64,000 nt of DNA from assembly GCA_002633005.1 (NCBI GenBank), contig NMRA01000186.1, positions 62,001-126,000 of the forward strand, read 5' to 3'. The notes below the pieces were generated by a model, which saw only the letters and a list, made by a program, of their open reading frames with translations, was not told the DNA's origin and searched no databases. This stretch comes from Phoronis australis. Lineage: Eukaryota; Animalia; Phoronida. The translations under genes and the position numbers were made by a program. Positions 14,101-29,100 of this stretch are shown here, piece after piece (position 1 is the stretch's first letter; each line of letters starts with the position of its first letter).

Positions 14101-17100
14101 TGACGATTTATATGTTGCAAAGTGGTTAGAGAAAGTACTTTGTGGATTCCTGCATTTAAGATAGGATTGAGCTGCATTGAAGTGCAGCACCATGAAACAC
14201 GTTAGGTTGTCCACACAGAAAATCAACTTGTCCACGCCAAACTTTTAGCTGTCTCAGATAATTTGACAGTTGTTAATGTCAAGCCCTGACACATTACCAC
14301 AAGCTCATAGATAGGCAGTGAACAATATCCTGCACAGTAGACTGGTCACACCAATTGGCCATGCTGAGTTTCAGCGGTGTTAAAACATAGTGTTAAGGAA
14401 AATAATTATTCATTGCTCTTACATTTTCATTTATCAATGTATTTTAATTGTTTCCATTCACCCACCACACAAACAGTGAATGAAAGCAACCTCATGACCC
14501 ACACTAACGACACTAACCTGAGTGGGAACTCTTCGCGCCTATATGGCCCTGTCTGCTGACGACGCTGGCCCATGTTGCCAGGCTTGCGTCTGTTGTTTTC
14601 AAACTCCAGTTTGATTTCAGTGCCAAACATGGCCGCACCCTGCAGGTTCTCTACTGCTCCCTGGGCCTGTTCTGGGCTCATGTACGTCACCACCATGGAA
14701 CCCTCGTCACGACCTGAACACAAACAGACAACATTTTCAAAATAAAACAAAGAAAACGTTTAAGGGGAATGTCCAGTTAGTTCTGCTTTATATAATAAAT
14801 ATCCCATATTTTTTTCAAGTTTTGTACCAACACAGACAGCGAACAGAACCCTTGATGACCTGATTTTGAGATCGAATATTAGCCTAATTCCAGTCTGGAA
14901 AACAATATTTTGAAAATCAAGCCAAATTTTCCTCACAAGGCCCAAGAATTCTACTCCAAAGATCATAATAATTATAGTAAGATGTAACATACCCGCATCT
15001 TGGGAATCAGTGTTCTCCACTGAATAACGCGCACCAAACTGGGGGCACGTTACATCCTCCTGTTGCCTATGAAAACTATCCCTCAAGGATAAAATTAACT
15101 CGCATAGACGTTTGGCATCAGAATGTTTTATGACAGCAGAATGTGACAAATCACAGTGACAACTCAATGCATGCAATCTAGATGTGGAACAGAATGTGCC
15201 CCACTTTATTTCAAGTGAAGGGGTGATTACACATTATTTAGCAAGACATCCATTCAAGGGACTCTTAGGTTCATCGCTGAACAATCTGGCTTGTAAAAAA
15301 AAAACTGGTGTGAGCCTAAGCAGAGAACAAGGGAATGTTTTGAAAGCCCGTCCCCACCTAGAAGAAAAGCTCCCATCGTGAAGCACAGGCACCTTCCCCT
15401 TAAAATGAGAGACCCTGCTGACCCAGTGTGTACATTAATCTTTAATAAAAGCCACCCAGAAATACAGGAGGCGACACTGAAAACTTGCCACTCAAAAACC
15501 AAAAACAGCATTTGCACTCACAAGGACACATCAAAATGCAAAAATTCTCTTCAAAAGCATTTTTTCTTCAAAAATACACTCGCACTATTTTGCCAGCACA
15601 CGTACCACTCCAGACATTATGAAATGCTTCGCCAATACATTTCCATGCTCATTCTAGTACAGAAAACAGTTCCTTAGCAGTGTTGGAATGTTGTACTCAG
15701 AAAAGGAGTCCAACAATACCACTACAGTTTATACAACTGTACCTGACTTGTCAGATGACATGAAACAAACTAGTACCTCTGTCTACCATTTGTTCATCAA
15801 TTTCACAGTTTAGTCTTCATCAACAACAAGTTGTCGAGTGTCCAAAAGCTCAAAAATCACTGTCAAAGCAAGAAATAAATGGAGACTACTTATAAAGTGA
15901 CAATGGGTCTGACTCAAAAGTTTGGAGGGTGTAGCTTGATGGGAATCCCACCTTTGCTGATCTCCTTGATGCTGCCGTACTGGCCAAACTGGGACGACAA
16001 ATCTTCAGGAGCTATCTGAGGGGGAAGGTTGCTGACAATAACCCGGTTACTGCGCCTGAAAGATTGAAACAACAAGCATGAGACCTATAGGGAACCCTCA
16101 ACAACACGAGACACAGTGAAGCTGAATTATTTAATAAACACACATGGTTGGAGGGGATTTGCAAGAACTAATAACCTTTCCCAACCCTGAGGACAAATAA
16201 TTACTGAATCACTTAACTATCCATTTCAACCTTGAAGGTTACTGTTACTTTTAATTTAGCTCACAATACGGTGGAAAAAGGGAATTTCCCTTCGTCAAAT
16301 TTTTCTAAAAAAATTAACAATAACATAATTTTGGATTATCAGTACCTTAAATTGAGCTGGGGAGACATTTTAAAAGCGTATGATATCTACAGAATCTTAA
16401 TCAGCCCTTGAAAAAAGTTTGGCGAGGAATTCTGGTATAAAAAGATGAAGAATTGCTGTCCAAAGAAAGCATTTGTATTAGGTGTCGCACTGGATATGAG
16501 AAGACTGAAATATCACAATGCAGTCAGGCATCAATTCAAATCACGCTCATCTTGGCAAAATGACATTCCAACGACATTCTCCAATAAAATGCATCAAGTT
16601 GTACATCTATAATCAAACCAGCACTGAAGTTTATTTGTACACTGGATGGAGACTGGCCAATGCCATGGCGTAATCAACACTCACAACTGTTCTACAAACA
16701 GAGAACATATGTCAAATTATGATAGCAGCACCCACAGCTTGGGCAACTAATCAACAGAGTATTGATCACCTATGGACAGTTTTACCAGACAGCTTCCCTA
16801 AAAACTGCCAAGAACACGCAATGAATAGCAAGTTCAAGTGCATGCTCTCAAGAGAACAAGCCAAATGCATTTCCACATGAAAACCAGCAAAAGGTAAAGA
16901 TAACATCCATCTTGTAGACAGAGAATACTGAAAACAAAAATATCTTGTCAAAAATAATGGGGAAGAAATACGTACCCTCAGAAGAGAAGGAGTTATAGAG
17001 AATACTTCACGCTTTCACAATCAGGCCAGTCTTTCACAGCCTGTTTTGACTAGTCACTGCGTCAAGTTTGAGTTTTGTCGTAACGAGTTGGAATTGCTTG

Positions 17101-20100
17101 CGCTGAGTTTGAAAACCCATGCAACAAGTTTGAGGTATAACTCATTTTTTAAGCAAACTAGAACATTTTGAATTTCTTGTAGCTTCAATGCATTCATTCT
17201 AACACACACAAACTCCCGGCAGCATGGACATGAATTTTGTAATTTCAGTCAAATTCGAAATTGCCGTTGTGGATAGGACCGCAGGCAGTCAAGGTTGTAG
17301 CCATTAGTCAAAATGGGGGTACAAATGAAGCAAGCTCGTTTCTGTACAGACTGGTTCAAATGACTAAACAGCCCATGATACAGACTGACCAATACTCACT
17401 CTGCAAAAACCCATCCTTAGTAAAGAAGAGAACATAAGCTTATATTCAAGAGTCCACAAAAGAAGTAATGCACTTGAGACCCAAACCGATATCATATAAG
17501 AAGAACCAGAATGACCAAGAATTATGTAAAAGAAGTGACTACCGTATTTGCCCTAATAAGCGCCCATGCCCCTATAAGCGCCCCACCCACGTGTTTTCAG
17601 ACTTTGCTAAATAAGCGTCCAGTCCATGAACACCGTGTACATGCGTATAATGCCTTATCTACAGTTCTAAAATTCTAACATAACGTCTTCAATTCATCAA
17701 TAAGATCAGACAGTCCCGAAAAAACTCACTGTTCATAGACCACGAGCCTCTCCGCTAAGTCGGTATTTAGCCGTGACTGTACACATCAAACTTCCACCGT
17801 GCTTTAAAAAGAACGCAAGCGCGAATCGAAGTCTAATAAAAACTTGACCTTTGTTCAGTTAAAAGCACGTGGCCACTGGCTAGGAAGCCCGCACTACAAC
17901 CACCTGTCATCGAAGATTAGTCTTCGGGAACTACCTATCCATGAAATGGGTAGCATAGCATCGGCAAGAAATAAATACTGGCACTTATTTCCGAAAGTTT
18001 CTAATAGAAATACCATACCCCCGAATCTCCCTAAAAATAACTGTTGAACTGTCACGCATCCAGTCACCCAGCGACTCAATGACATCGACCTTACTGAGAC
18101 AATTTTCAAACCTTTTTCATAGCAGATGAGATCTGCAAGTGCTCAATAAATCACGTTCTGCTTTACTGCTAGTGTTAATTTCCTTAGTTACGAACACCTA
18201 AATCGTTATATCATGTTTATTCTGGCAAATGAACCCTCATCGGATGATATGCAAGCGCTCGCTCACTCATACAATACGCAGTCGAACCTCAAAACAAACG
18301 TCACGTGACAACATGTGTGGTCGTCGAGAGATTTTTCTCGTGTTGCACAGTTCGATCTAACGCATAATTGGATCATGTTGTTAATCCCGACTCTACAGGA
18401 ACTTAAAAATCTTAGGGACGCTATTTGCAAAACTTCAGGATTTCACTATATTTTTACTCAAGAATTCAAGTTGACCTATCGGCGATCGCAAGGCAGCGAC
18501 ACATCCGTTGGCGAGTTTTCGCACTGGGATTTCCTTAGAAATGCTCGTAATTTAACAACAAAAGTTTGATGCAATGCTCTTCCATTTTGTAGAAATTCTG
18601 TCACAGGTTTCAGATGAGTCACAGAACGTAAATTTGATGAATTCTAGCTTACGGTTTTACCTGTTTCGGAGACCGGGTTTGAACCAATTTTTTGGCTATA
18701 AGTGACCCCTCCCCTTTCCTGAAGGGAATTATTCTTAGCGCCCTGGGGGCATATTAGGGCGTATACGGTAATCATAGTTCAAGCTTGCTGCACCAAAAGA
18801 AATGAGCAAACCCACAGTCCTCAATTAGACATTATTTTTGAGACAGGTTCTCATTTTCTAGAACTTACCTAGCCAATTTTTCTTGTTTGAGCAATACTGG
18901 GTTATTAACTGAAACCTGCAGAGCTAGCAATCTAACGAATTTAACAGATTTTTTTAAACGAATTTACACTTGCACTCACCCATCAAAAGCCATTTCTTCC
19001 ATGTTGATTATCGAGACTTAGACAGTGAAACTATAATGTTTGGGAAACCGAATGACTGCAAGATCAACACAATCTGCTAAACGCCTGCTGTTAGAGAGAG
19101 AGAGAGAGAGAGAGATGGTGGAAGCCAGATATCGCTTTACAACAAGCCAACAGATTACACAGGTCAGACACATATGGTCATGCAGACATTTAGTGCCCCT
19201 GCCACATGGTGGATTTGGACATACCATAGCTTAGGGAGAGCTATTGGGATATGTGACAGTGAGTGCAGTATGCAATGTACATGGCCCACAAGCCTAGACC
19301 CCTTACATTGCAATATACCACAATTGGGATTTTTCATATTGGTGCTCTCTAGAGAAATGAGAGTGAAAAAACAAGCTACTTCTGCTTGATACTGACTCAG
19401 ACGTGGTGGACAGCAGTTCACTAATACACATGTTGGTTCATTAACTAGAAACCAGAAGAACGAGAGCGCTCGGAGGAGCGACACTTGGCGGAATTAATCG
19501 AAAGGACGACAATGGGGAGGACGACGACAATCATGACAATCAAGGCGGCAATAATGGATAACACGATAACGTTCATGTGACTAGCGAAGAAATCAAATAG
19601 AGAGCATATAATGAACTACAATAAAGAACAATAGATAGCGCAACATGACGGACGAGCCATGCTTTGTTCCCGCAATCCAAAATAGGTGGCACTATGTGAC
19701 AGTCTGCAGAGCAAAGTTATGTTTACAATAGTATTTCGCCTGGAATTCCAGTCTACAGTAAGACAGTGCTACCTGGGTCAGTCGGGGTCACAACTCTCTG
19801 TTAACTTGTGCAGACATAACCAAAACAAAGTGAACTGAAAGCCAGCCAGCTGCGTGCATACGTGACCGAAGGAACAACGGTATCCGAAAATCTCGAATAA
19901 TTCAAAAAGTAGACGTCGTAGTGCAAAATGGCAACATGACGGTCCAGTCTACAGTAGGACAGTGCTGGCTGGGTCAGTCTGGGTCAACTAGGCATAACCA
20001 AAACTAAGTGAGCTGAAAGCCAGCCAGCTGCGTGTGACCGAAGGAACGGTACCCGAAATCTCGAATAATTCAAAAAGTAGACGTCGTAGCGCAAAATGGA

Positions 20101-23100
20101 AAATACCTCCTGAAAGCCCGTTCAAAACTCTATCTAAAGTGGTAATTGGCAAAAATCAAAAAAATTTTCGAGAAAATTGAAAATTTGCCGATTTTTTTTG
20201 AAATTCAAAGTCAAATAACTCGAAAAGGTAAGTCTGAGAAATACGCTCTCGCAGACTTTTTGAAAGGCCATACTTCAAGAAATACACATGCAAAAATTCA
20301 CGTCATTTACTCGTCCCATTAAAAATGCGACACCAGACCGATTGAAACCGTGTGAACATGCGCCACAGCCGCCATCTTGAAAGTGACTTCCGGTCCAATA
20401 ATTTTTTATAAAAGCTTATTAAACTCAACAAACACGTGACCAATTTGAAAGTGATTGGTTTGCAATTGCGCCCTCTACAGGAGAAAACGTTTTAGCCATA
20501 ATTCGGGGTGAGCATGCGCCACGTCCAATATTTCTGCTATCTTTAACTGGAAGTCAGCGGTTTTCGGCAGAGTTGTAGCACATGCGTTCTAGTATAATCG
20601 TACTGATTTTCAGCCTTGTAGGTCGAAAAATGAGGCCTCTACGAGTATTTGACTGTGAAATCGGATACAAAATGGCCGCCACATCCGCCATTTTGTATCC
20701 GATCATGACCAAAAACAATAGGCTTCCAGGACTTTCCGATCTACACGTCGTGTGCAAATTTCATGAAAATCGGACCAGAATTGCGACCTGTAGAGTGCGA
20801 ACAAACAAAATGAAAGCGCTCCGAGGAGCGAACCTTGGCGAAATTAACCAAAAAGATGACGATAAAGATGATGACGAAGATGACGAATATGACGACGAAG
20901 GTGGCGAGGTTGAACAAAAGAAGTAATAATAAAATACACATGACGAACTTAGAAGTCCGAAATCAGTAAGAAAAAGGCTACAGTCTTGAGCGACACTTGG
21001 CGAAATTAAGGGAAAAGACATGACAACGGAGATGATGACGAAGATGATGACGATGATGACGAATATGGTGATGGTGGTGGCGATGATGAACAACATCTCA
21101 ACATTCATATGATGAACTTAGATGTCATAAATCAATAAGAAATGGGCTACAGTCTAGTTCATAGAAGGTAAACCAACATCAATGCAGCCAGAGCGCTCAA
21201 CAAAGGAACAGCGTTATCAGAAAATCTCAAATAACTCAAAAAGTAGACGTCGTAGCCAAAAATGGAAAACATCTTCTGAAAGCCCGTTCAAAATTCTATG
21301 TAAACTGATAGTATCGTTTAATTCCGTAAATTTTTCGAAAAAAATGAAATTTTGAGTTTTTTTTTAAGAAATTCAAAGTCAAATAACTCGAAAACGGTAA
21401 GCCTGAGAAAAAAATTGTTACAGGCCATTTGAAAGATTATACTTCAAAGAATCCACATGCAAAAAATCACGTTTTTTTCTCTAGCCCTTTAAAATCGCAC
21501 TCCAGCACGACTGAAAATGGGTCAATATGCGCCAGATCCGCCATCTTGAAAGCAACTTCCGGTTTTTTGGTTTTGTATAATAGCATGTCATAAGAAACTA
21601 ATACCTTTGAAAATTCGAAGGAATTGGTTTGATAATGCGCCATCTACAGGAGAAAACGTTTTTAGGCCAAAATCGAGGTGCGCATGCGCGATCGCCAATA
21701 TTTCCGCCATCTTTTACCGGAAGTAAACAATTTCCGGCATACTTGTAGCAAACTTCTGACCCATTTACTGTGCCGATTCTTAGCCGTTTACGTAAAAAAT
21801 TGTAGCCTCCAGAAGCATTTGAACCTTTAAATGGAAACAAAATGGCCGCCACAGCCGCCATCTTGGATCCGATTTTGACGAAAAACAATAGGCTTCCAGT
21901 ACTTCCGGAAGTACGTGTTATGTGTAAATTTCGTGATGATCGGACGAAAATTGCGACCTGTATCGTGCGAACAAACAAAAAAAAAAACTTCGTGGAAGAG
22001 CAACATACTTGGCGAAATTTATTTCGCCAAGTAAAAACACTTGCTGTCAGACCAACATACTTGACGGAATTCGAAGAATTCCGCCAAGTAATAAATCTCA
22101 TTGTCAAGCCCTCCTGTAGTTTGACGGTTTAAGTTCAACAATTTCAGCTGATCTACATCAAATGGGCCTGAAATTCAACCGCTTTATCACTGGCAGCCAC
22201 CAATGATGCAGACGCCTGTGGTTTGCCTCCCGTTCGCATTCCACGGGGTCTGTAGGTGGCGCTGAATGCCTGTCAACAAGACGTGATCACTGTCTGGCGA
22301 AATAATAATTTTAATACGATGTGGCTATTTCAAAAGTCACCTATTCCTCAGAAAATGGAATGCCTTCACAAAAATGCACGTCTGGCAAATTGGTATAGTA
22401 ATATCGTACTGAAACTTGCATACACCTACCAGCAGGACTGAAATGAATATTTAAGGCTTGTTCAACACAAATTGGATAGAATGCAATCAGTACTAGCCCT
22501 GCAACCAACTGAACATTCAACAAACCGACTATAGTATCAACTGCATATCATATATGAGAAACACGAATCATAGATGTCCTCTAATTAGTCAGTTAAGATC
22601 ACAGCATAAGGAAAAAACATGGATGGACAAGGCTGTACAATAAATTCCTAAGTTGAAACAGCTAGACTGTGTATGTACCAGTGACCAAAATAGACTATAA
22701 TGTGAGAGTTCGCACTATAAAGATGTGTACTTGACACAGAAATGTTTCAAGAAAAACAAACTTCATGTTGATCAGGTAGAAGCATTTAATACATGAGCGG
22801 TGCTACGCAGCACATGGTCTATAGGCAATGCACCACAGGGGGCTGAGAAGGCTTTAGCCCCACTTTTTTTAGCTTCTGTGCCACCCATATAATATACGTA
22901 AAATTCATGGCTGACAACATGAACTTTACAAAAGTAGTAAAAACCCCAGGGAATAGCCAATTCATAGGATATCACAGCAGCCTTTCAGTAAGTAGTAAAA
23001 ACCCCAGGTAATAGCCAATTCATAGGATATCACAGCAGCCTTTCAGTAAGTAGTAAAAACCCCAGGTAATAGCCAATTCATAGGATATCACAGCAGCCTT

Positions 23101-26100
23101 TCAGTAAGTAGTAAAAACCCCAGGTAATAGCCAATTCATAGGATATCACAGCAGCCTTTCAGTAAGTAGTAAAAACCCCAGGTAATAGCCAATTCATAGG
23201 ATATCACAGCAACCTTTCAGTAAGTAGTAAAAACCCCAGGTAATAGCCAATTCATAGGATATCACAGCAGCCTTTCAGTAAGTAGTAAAAACCCCAGGTA
23301 ATAGCTAATTCATAGGATATCACAGCAACCTTTCTGATGATGCAGCATTGACCCACAATGCTGTGCATCCATGAGGCTCTTACACTGCACCTGTGCACTG
23401 CTGTCATGCTAATCAGTTTTACATTAACATATTACTATGTCACTCGTCATTCCAATTAACATCGTGCAGTGAGTGGCAATGCAGACAAAAAACGTGAAAG
23501 CCAAGTGAGGCACATTAAATCCTCCTTTGCTCGTCCCACTCGGTTCAGTGTGTGTCCTAAACTCCCAACCTTTCCAGAAGTTGTCAATCGTAAAATGTGT
23601 TTTTTACATGCACCGATGCAAAAAAATTGAATGCAGAAGTGTTAAATTACCTGCGCTTGGAGACAGACGGCTCCACTTGAATCTCTTCACCCATCAGTTT
23701 GTATCCTGAAAACAATCAACTTTTCAATTTAACAAGTTAGATAGGTTGCGGCCATTTTACCTGACAAACACAATGTTGACGAGTAAAGCTCATTGTTTGT
23801 CGATATTTTCCAAGGGGGCGGAGCTTGCCATAGGTCAATTAGCAGCACCCTACCTTGAGTGGCAACATGCATGAACTTCACTGTTAAATAACGTAGAAAA
23901 TATATCTGAAACTAAATAAGGCGATCCAGATCCTCCCAAGGATACTCGTTGTTTCGTGAAATGAAGAATATAAATCGGTAAATAAAACAACAAGAATGGA
24001 TCAACTGAAATTTGAAATTTTCGGAGGTAACAACTTCCTTTATCAACAAAAACACTGTTAAGTATTCTTCACAACCCCATTTGAGTCATCATGACAATGG
24101 GTTTGGCTCACCTGCCAGTCTGAAAACCAGCGAAACAATGTTCTCTTACAACATTAGTCTTTTTCCAAAAAGCAGGACATTTTGGAAGATTGGCATAAGT
24201 TGATCGAGCCATCACAGTATATGGACTTTCCACCATGTTCATGAACTTCAGAATTCCTATAGAACTTGATTTTTTTCATGTGGTGAACACACCATTGCAA
24301 CAATATATTTTGAGCATCATTCTGAAGACCAACACCATCAATTGGCAAAACTAATGAACAGCTAAAAGTTGCACTTGCCAAGAACGGTTCAGGCTAAGTT
24401 ACCATCAGCAATATGAGGTCACATTTGCCTGGGCTATACATTGCTATTGGGAATACAGGTGATAATATAATGAATACTAAACAATATGTATGGAAATAGT
24501 TACCTTTGAATAGATTGGATAAGAATACACTGTCCAAACTATAATTATCTCACTTTTAATTTGTGTCCTAAGTATGCCCGTGTTCTCCATGACAAGTTTT
24601 AACCGGTCGTCAAGACCTGCTTGATTTTGCCTCAAGCGACACAATTGATTTTTTTTCAGTTTGAACAAAAAGTATGATTTTTGAGTATCTGCTATAATAT
24701 GCATGCAATGCACATTGTCTACATTTTCAAAGTGATTGTAAACGCAACATGTGGAGTTTTTAGCGTATCAAATTATGTCGCCTAACCAAAAATTGTGACC
24801 TTGATTGCAAGAAAACAAGACTGTCAATGGACATTTTTCAGTATGTGGAAAGAAATGTGCTGGTAATAAATAGGATTAAATTTAACTTAATTGCAAGAGC
24901 TTAAGATCAAATGAAAAAGGACAAAGTTTATCGATACGTAAGTCTGAACTTGGACTTTCACGTTTCCAGTAAACTTTCACTCAAGAATTATCACCAGCTC
25001 TTGGTGACAATTGGTAGGTTAGTTACCCTTAAGGACCACAAAAACCCTGCGCATGAGACAGGGATACCCAGCTTTCAAAACCCCACTCGCCCAGCAGGCG
25101 TTGGTCACCAGGGCTCGACATAACGAGCTGTAGGTCGCATTTGCGACCTGAAATTTGGAAATGCGAGCTGAGATTTTCGTCAGCTCGTATCAAGTCGCAT
25201 TTTGCGACCTGGAATTTCCAACGAATGCGAGCTGAGTTTTTACACTTCTCAACAGATACCTGGCTAATACAAAGCAGCTCTTGTTAATCCAACCGTTAAT
25301 TATTTGGTTGTTGCCAAATCCAAGTTCAAAAGAACACTAACCGACAACAGTCCTCCCGATGATTTGTAAGCAAGTCGTGTGAACATGGGATATGCAGAAT
25401 CGATCTTTGACGCGTTTCATTGGCTAACACTTTCGGCCACTTTTGTAAATTCCCGGATTCGCCGAAGAAAGTTTCGGGCCACTGCTTAACACGTGAAAAC
25501 TTCACAAAACAATGGTGTTTCTACTAATTATTAAGCGATCAACTTACCAAACTTTGTGGTGGACAAAAATGTTTATTTTTCACATAAGATGTCCTTATTA
25601 CATGTACCAAATATCCACGACAATATCCCTGATATCGCACTGCGGCACCGTTAGCGCGCAAGCGGTCCCGGCAAACAATCGTGACTTAGACTGAGATGTG
25701 CTTCTCCTTTTTATCGTATTAAGACAGCCAAAGTGAAAATGATGACCTTATTGATCGCCAAACGACGGTCCCCTCTTTACTTTCAAGTGCCAAGAAATTC
25801 TCAAACCCTTTACTTGTTTCTCTGGGGCTACGTGCGCGAAATATGATTTGTCTTTCACACGTTGTTGCCAACGTAAAGTGTAGGCCTACTCCAGCAATTC
25901 AAGTGCGTGAACTCACGCGTGCGAACCACTTCAAAGAACAGCGACAGTCCTAAATGAAAGAATATACCGGCTTGGCTCTGGTTTATTTGAAAATGAACTC
26001 AGATTCCCAGCGGTTATAAAAGACCTGATGTCCTGGGACAGATATAACCCAGAACTGACGTTTTCCTGTTCCGATGTTTCCCGAGGTCGATGTTCTGTAA

Positions 26101-29100
26101 ACCATGTATTCTATGCCCGTAGCCAGCTATCGCAACTAATCTGGCACTAGATGCGAAAGGGTTCAAGTTAGCGAAATTTTCATTCTTCTCTTATAACCGC
26201 AAGCACTGAGGTTAACGACTATGCTCACGCACAAGCCCACTCCCTACCTTTAAGGTGTTTCATAATAAGCGCTCACTGATATATTAAAAGCCCCCCCCCT
26301 CCTTAAATTTTGAGAATTTCCAATTAAGCGCCCACAATTCAAGCTAGCGCCCATCATAGCGCACCACAAACGACCGCGTGTGGTTTAAAATTGACACGCA
26401 GCTTATATGGCGCGTCAATTTCATTTTACACAACTTCAGTTTTCAAAAACGTCTTTTCACAATATGTAAAAACGAAACCCCGGCTTTGTTTTATACCTCG
26501 GAAAGAAAGTTAACACTAGTGACATGCGTGTCATTTTGTGACTGACCTATTTTTCCCCTATTTGGAAGGTATTGAGGAGCAAACTCGCCATTACCGGAGT
26601 TAGTTTGAATTGTTAACGACTTTGATGACAGCCAGTAGCACTAGGCCAGATCTAACAAAATCCCAGATATTTTTTCAACGGGCATTTTCTCCCTTTTCAC
26701 ATCGCAAATTTAGCTACTCGAATGCACAATTCATTTAGAGAGCACTGATTCAACTTTCACGTCGGCAACTTGCCTTGCGCTTTAGAGTCTTTCAATGGCG
26801 GTCGTGAAGAACAGTTAGGCCGTACCTACATGAATGAAGTCAATTTTGAGATTCGAAGTTTGTGAGTATTTAACGCTGCAGGTAAGAGCATAATCTAAAT
26901 ATTTTCTCGATGATCTAATTTTGGCGCGTAAAAATGGCGGGAAAATTTTTGCGACCTGGCATTTACGAATGCGAGCTGGATTTTGAAAATGCCACCTGGG
27001 ATTTTGGCTAGGTCGCAAAATGCGACCTGGCGATTTTAATAGCGTTGAGCCCTGGTCACCATTTGCTAAGGGTAGTACCGCTTTTAGAAAATGCAGAATT
27101 CCTACTACGAAACTTTTGACGTCGATAAATTCCCAGCAACGCAAAACGTAGGCTTGGCGAAAACCTCTATACTAACATGAAGTTTCGCGTGGATGTGGGT
27201 AAGAAAAATGACCAGATAAAATCTGACACAACATTAGTGTCACTTAAAAACCACACTCTTCTTTGAGTACAATCAATTATTTCCCGTTCTTAAAAAAATT
27301 GCCGTTTTACCATTATTCTGCTGCTAAAATTGCGGCACGATCTTTTGCGTCGGCTTTCGGTGCCATGAAATATTGTGTCACACATTGACCAGTTTCTTTT
27401 TTGCCGATTCTTCAATCAACTGTTGTTTTTTCACGAGGTTGCGTACACGTCACGACAAATTATCGCAAATTAGTTTCACTTCATTATAAGCTTTAAATAT
27501 TCTAAAACCAGCAAATGGAATTTCAGAACAAGTTTTGCTGCTCAGCTGCAACGCTGTCACGAGCGCACTGTTTTCAAAACGTGAAATACTTTTCTCTGTT
27601 ACATAAGACGTAGAATTACACAAGAAAATGGTGTTTATTAGATTGTTCTTCATTTTACCAAGCAAGGTAAGTGTCAGTTGACCCCCAAATTTTGCATGCA
27701 CCGTCGCAGGTCTTTAGTTCTACATGTTGATACAAGTTTCACGGAGAGGTGACGAGCAGAACAACCCGGACTGTGTGCACTTTCGAGGTCTGTCGAAGCT
27801 CAACACAGAGGTACCTAGCTGTATTTTGACAATTGTCTCCATACAGCTAGCTGGTTGACTGGCTACACATGCCGTCTTCTTTGTCTTGAAGCCACTGCCA
27901 ATCAGGTCGAACCACGCCTTCTAGTTTTCCTCATAAGTGTGACGGTTTCTCTTTTCCGCCATAGTCTACTATGAAAGAGGGCAGACTGCCTCTAAAAACG
28001 TTACGCAGACATCACATGCAGTGTTCTCCACACCCTGTTTTAACTCGACGCTGTAACGAGTTTGGATTTTGCTGCGTCGAGTTTGGAAAATGCGCGTCGA
28101 GTTTAGAAAGTGCTGCGTCAGGTTTGAACTTTTGTCCTGGCTTGGTGTTTCAGCCCTCAACCCTAAAGCAGTGCCTGATTAACCAACATCAAGCCCAATA
28201 CAGAACATTAGAGGCAGTCAACACNTAAAAAATGGGTTAAAGGTTAGAAACAAAGGACGAGAGCGTAGACAAGTTTCCATCACTTGCAACGTCGATTTTT
28301 TTACGGTGGACGTTGGAGAAGAACATCAGTCTCGTGACAGCAACACGGAATCGTACGAAGGCGATGATTTTCGAAATTTGATTCGTTGTGTTGTTTGTCA
28401 TTTTCTTCCTACAGTTCAGGATTATTTGTGGATACAGGAACAAGAACTGAACGATGCAGGGTTCGTGACAACGTTGGTGAACGGTGATATCTATCTAAGG
28501 AAGGTGTTACAACTGTCATCGATATTGTCATCTCTTCTGTTTTCATCCAACCTTTCCAGATGAAAACTTGAATGAAGAGGACCTTCAGTACTTGAGTGAG
28601 CATGGTATACTGTGTGATTTATGTTGAATTATTCAACGGTTCTTTTAAGAACCATTTCACGCTATACGTACAACCAACGGCCCTTTTAAGGGCCACTCAA
28701 CACTTCCCAGAAGAACTGCTCACTTGAGAATGTTGATTTATCAACNAGTGAGCATGGCATACTGTGTGATTTATGTTGAATTATTCAACGGTTCTTTTAA
28801 GAACCATTTCACGCTATACCTAAAACCAACGGCCCTTTTAAGGGCCACTCAACACTGCCCAGAAGAACTGCTCACTTGAGAATGTTGATTTATAAACACG
28901 CTTTGTATTTTTCTCAGTAGGCCTATGTGAACCGTAAATCAAAAACCGTCCGATAACTATGCTGCTATTGGGCAAGCAGACGACATAAAGGGTCGGAACC
29001 GAAGTTTGAATTTTGAAATTAATTACCAGTAGCATTGCCAAAAGTACTCACAATGCCAACACTTCTACTATTGAAAGATTTTGAAGAGCGTTTCAATACC

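Noticed and set aside
20554-22132. Recurrent ORFs (MRSSI..., GYKMAAT...) also at 61718-63806
   Set aside because: Translations of the non-coding HINE repeat; no Rep, helicase or transposase motifs.
22932-23335. 58-bp array as CRISPR or snoRNA cluster
   Set aside because: Whole unit is repeated, no spacers, no box motifs recognised.
28596-28892. ~150-bp direct duplication
   Set aside because: Copies meet exactly at an N (28746); most likely a contig-overlap or haplotype artefact.
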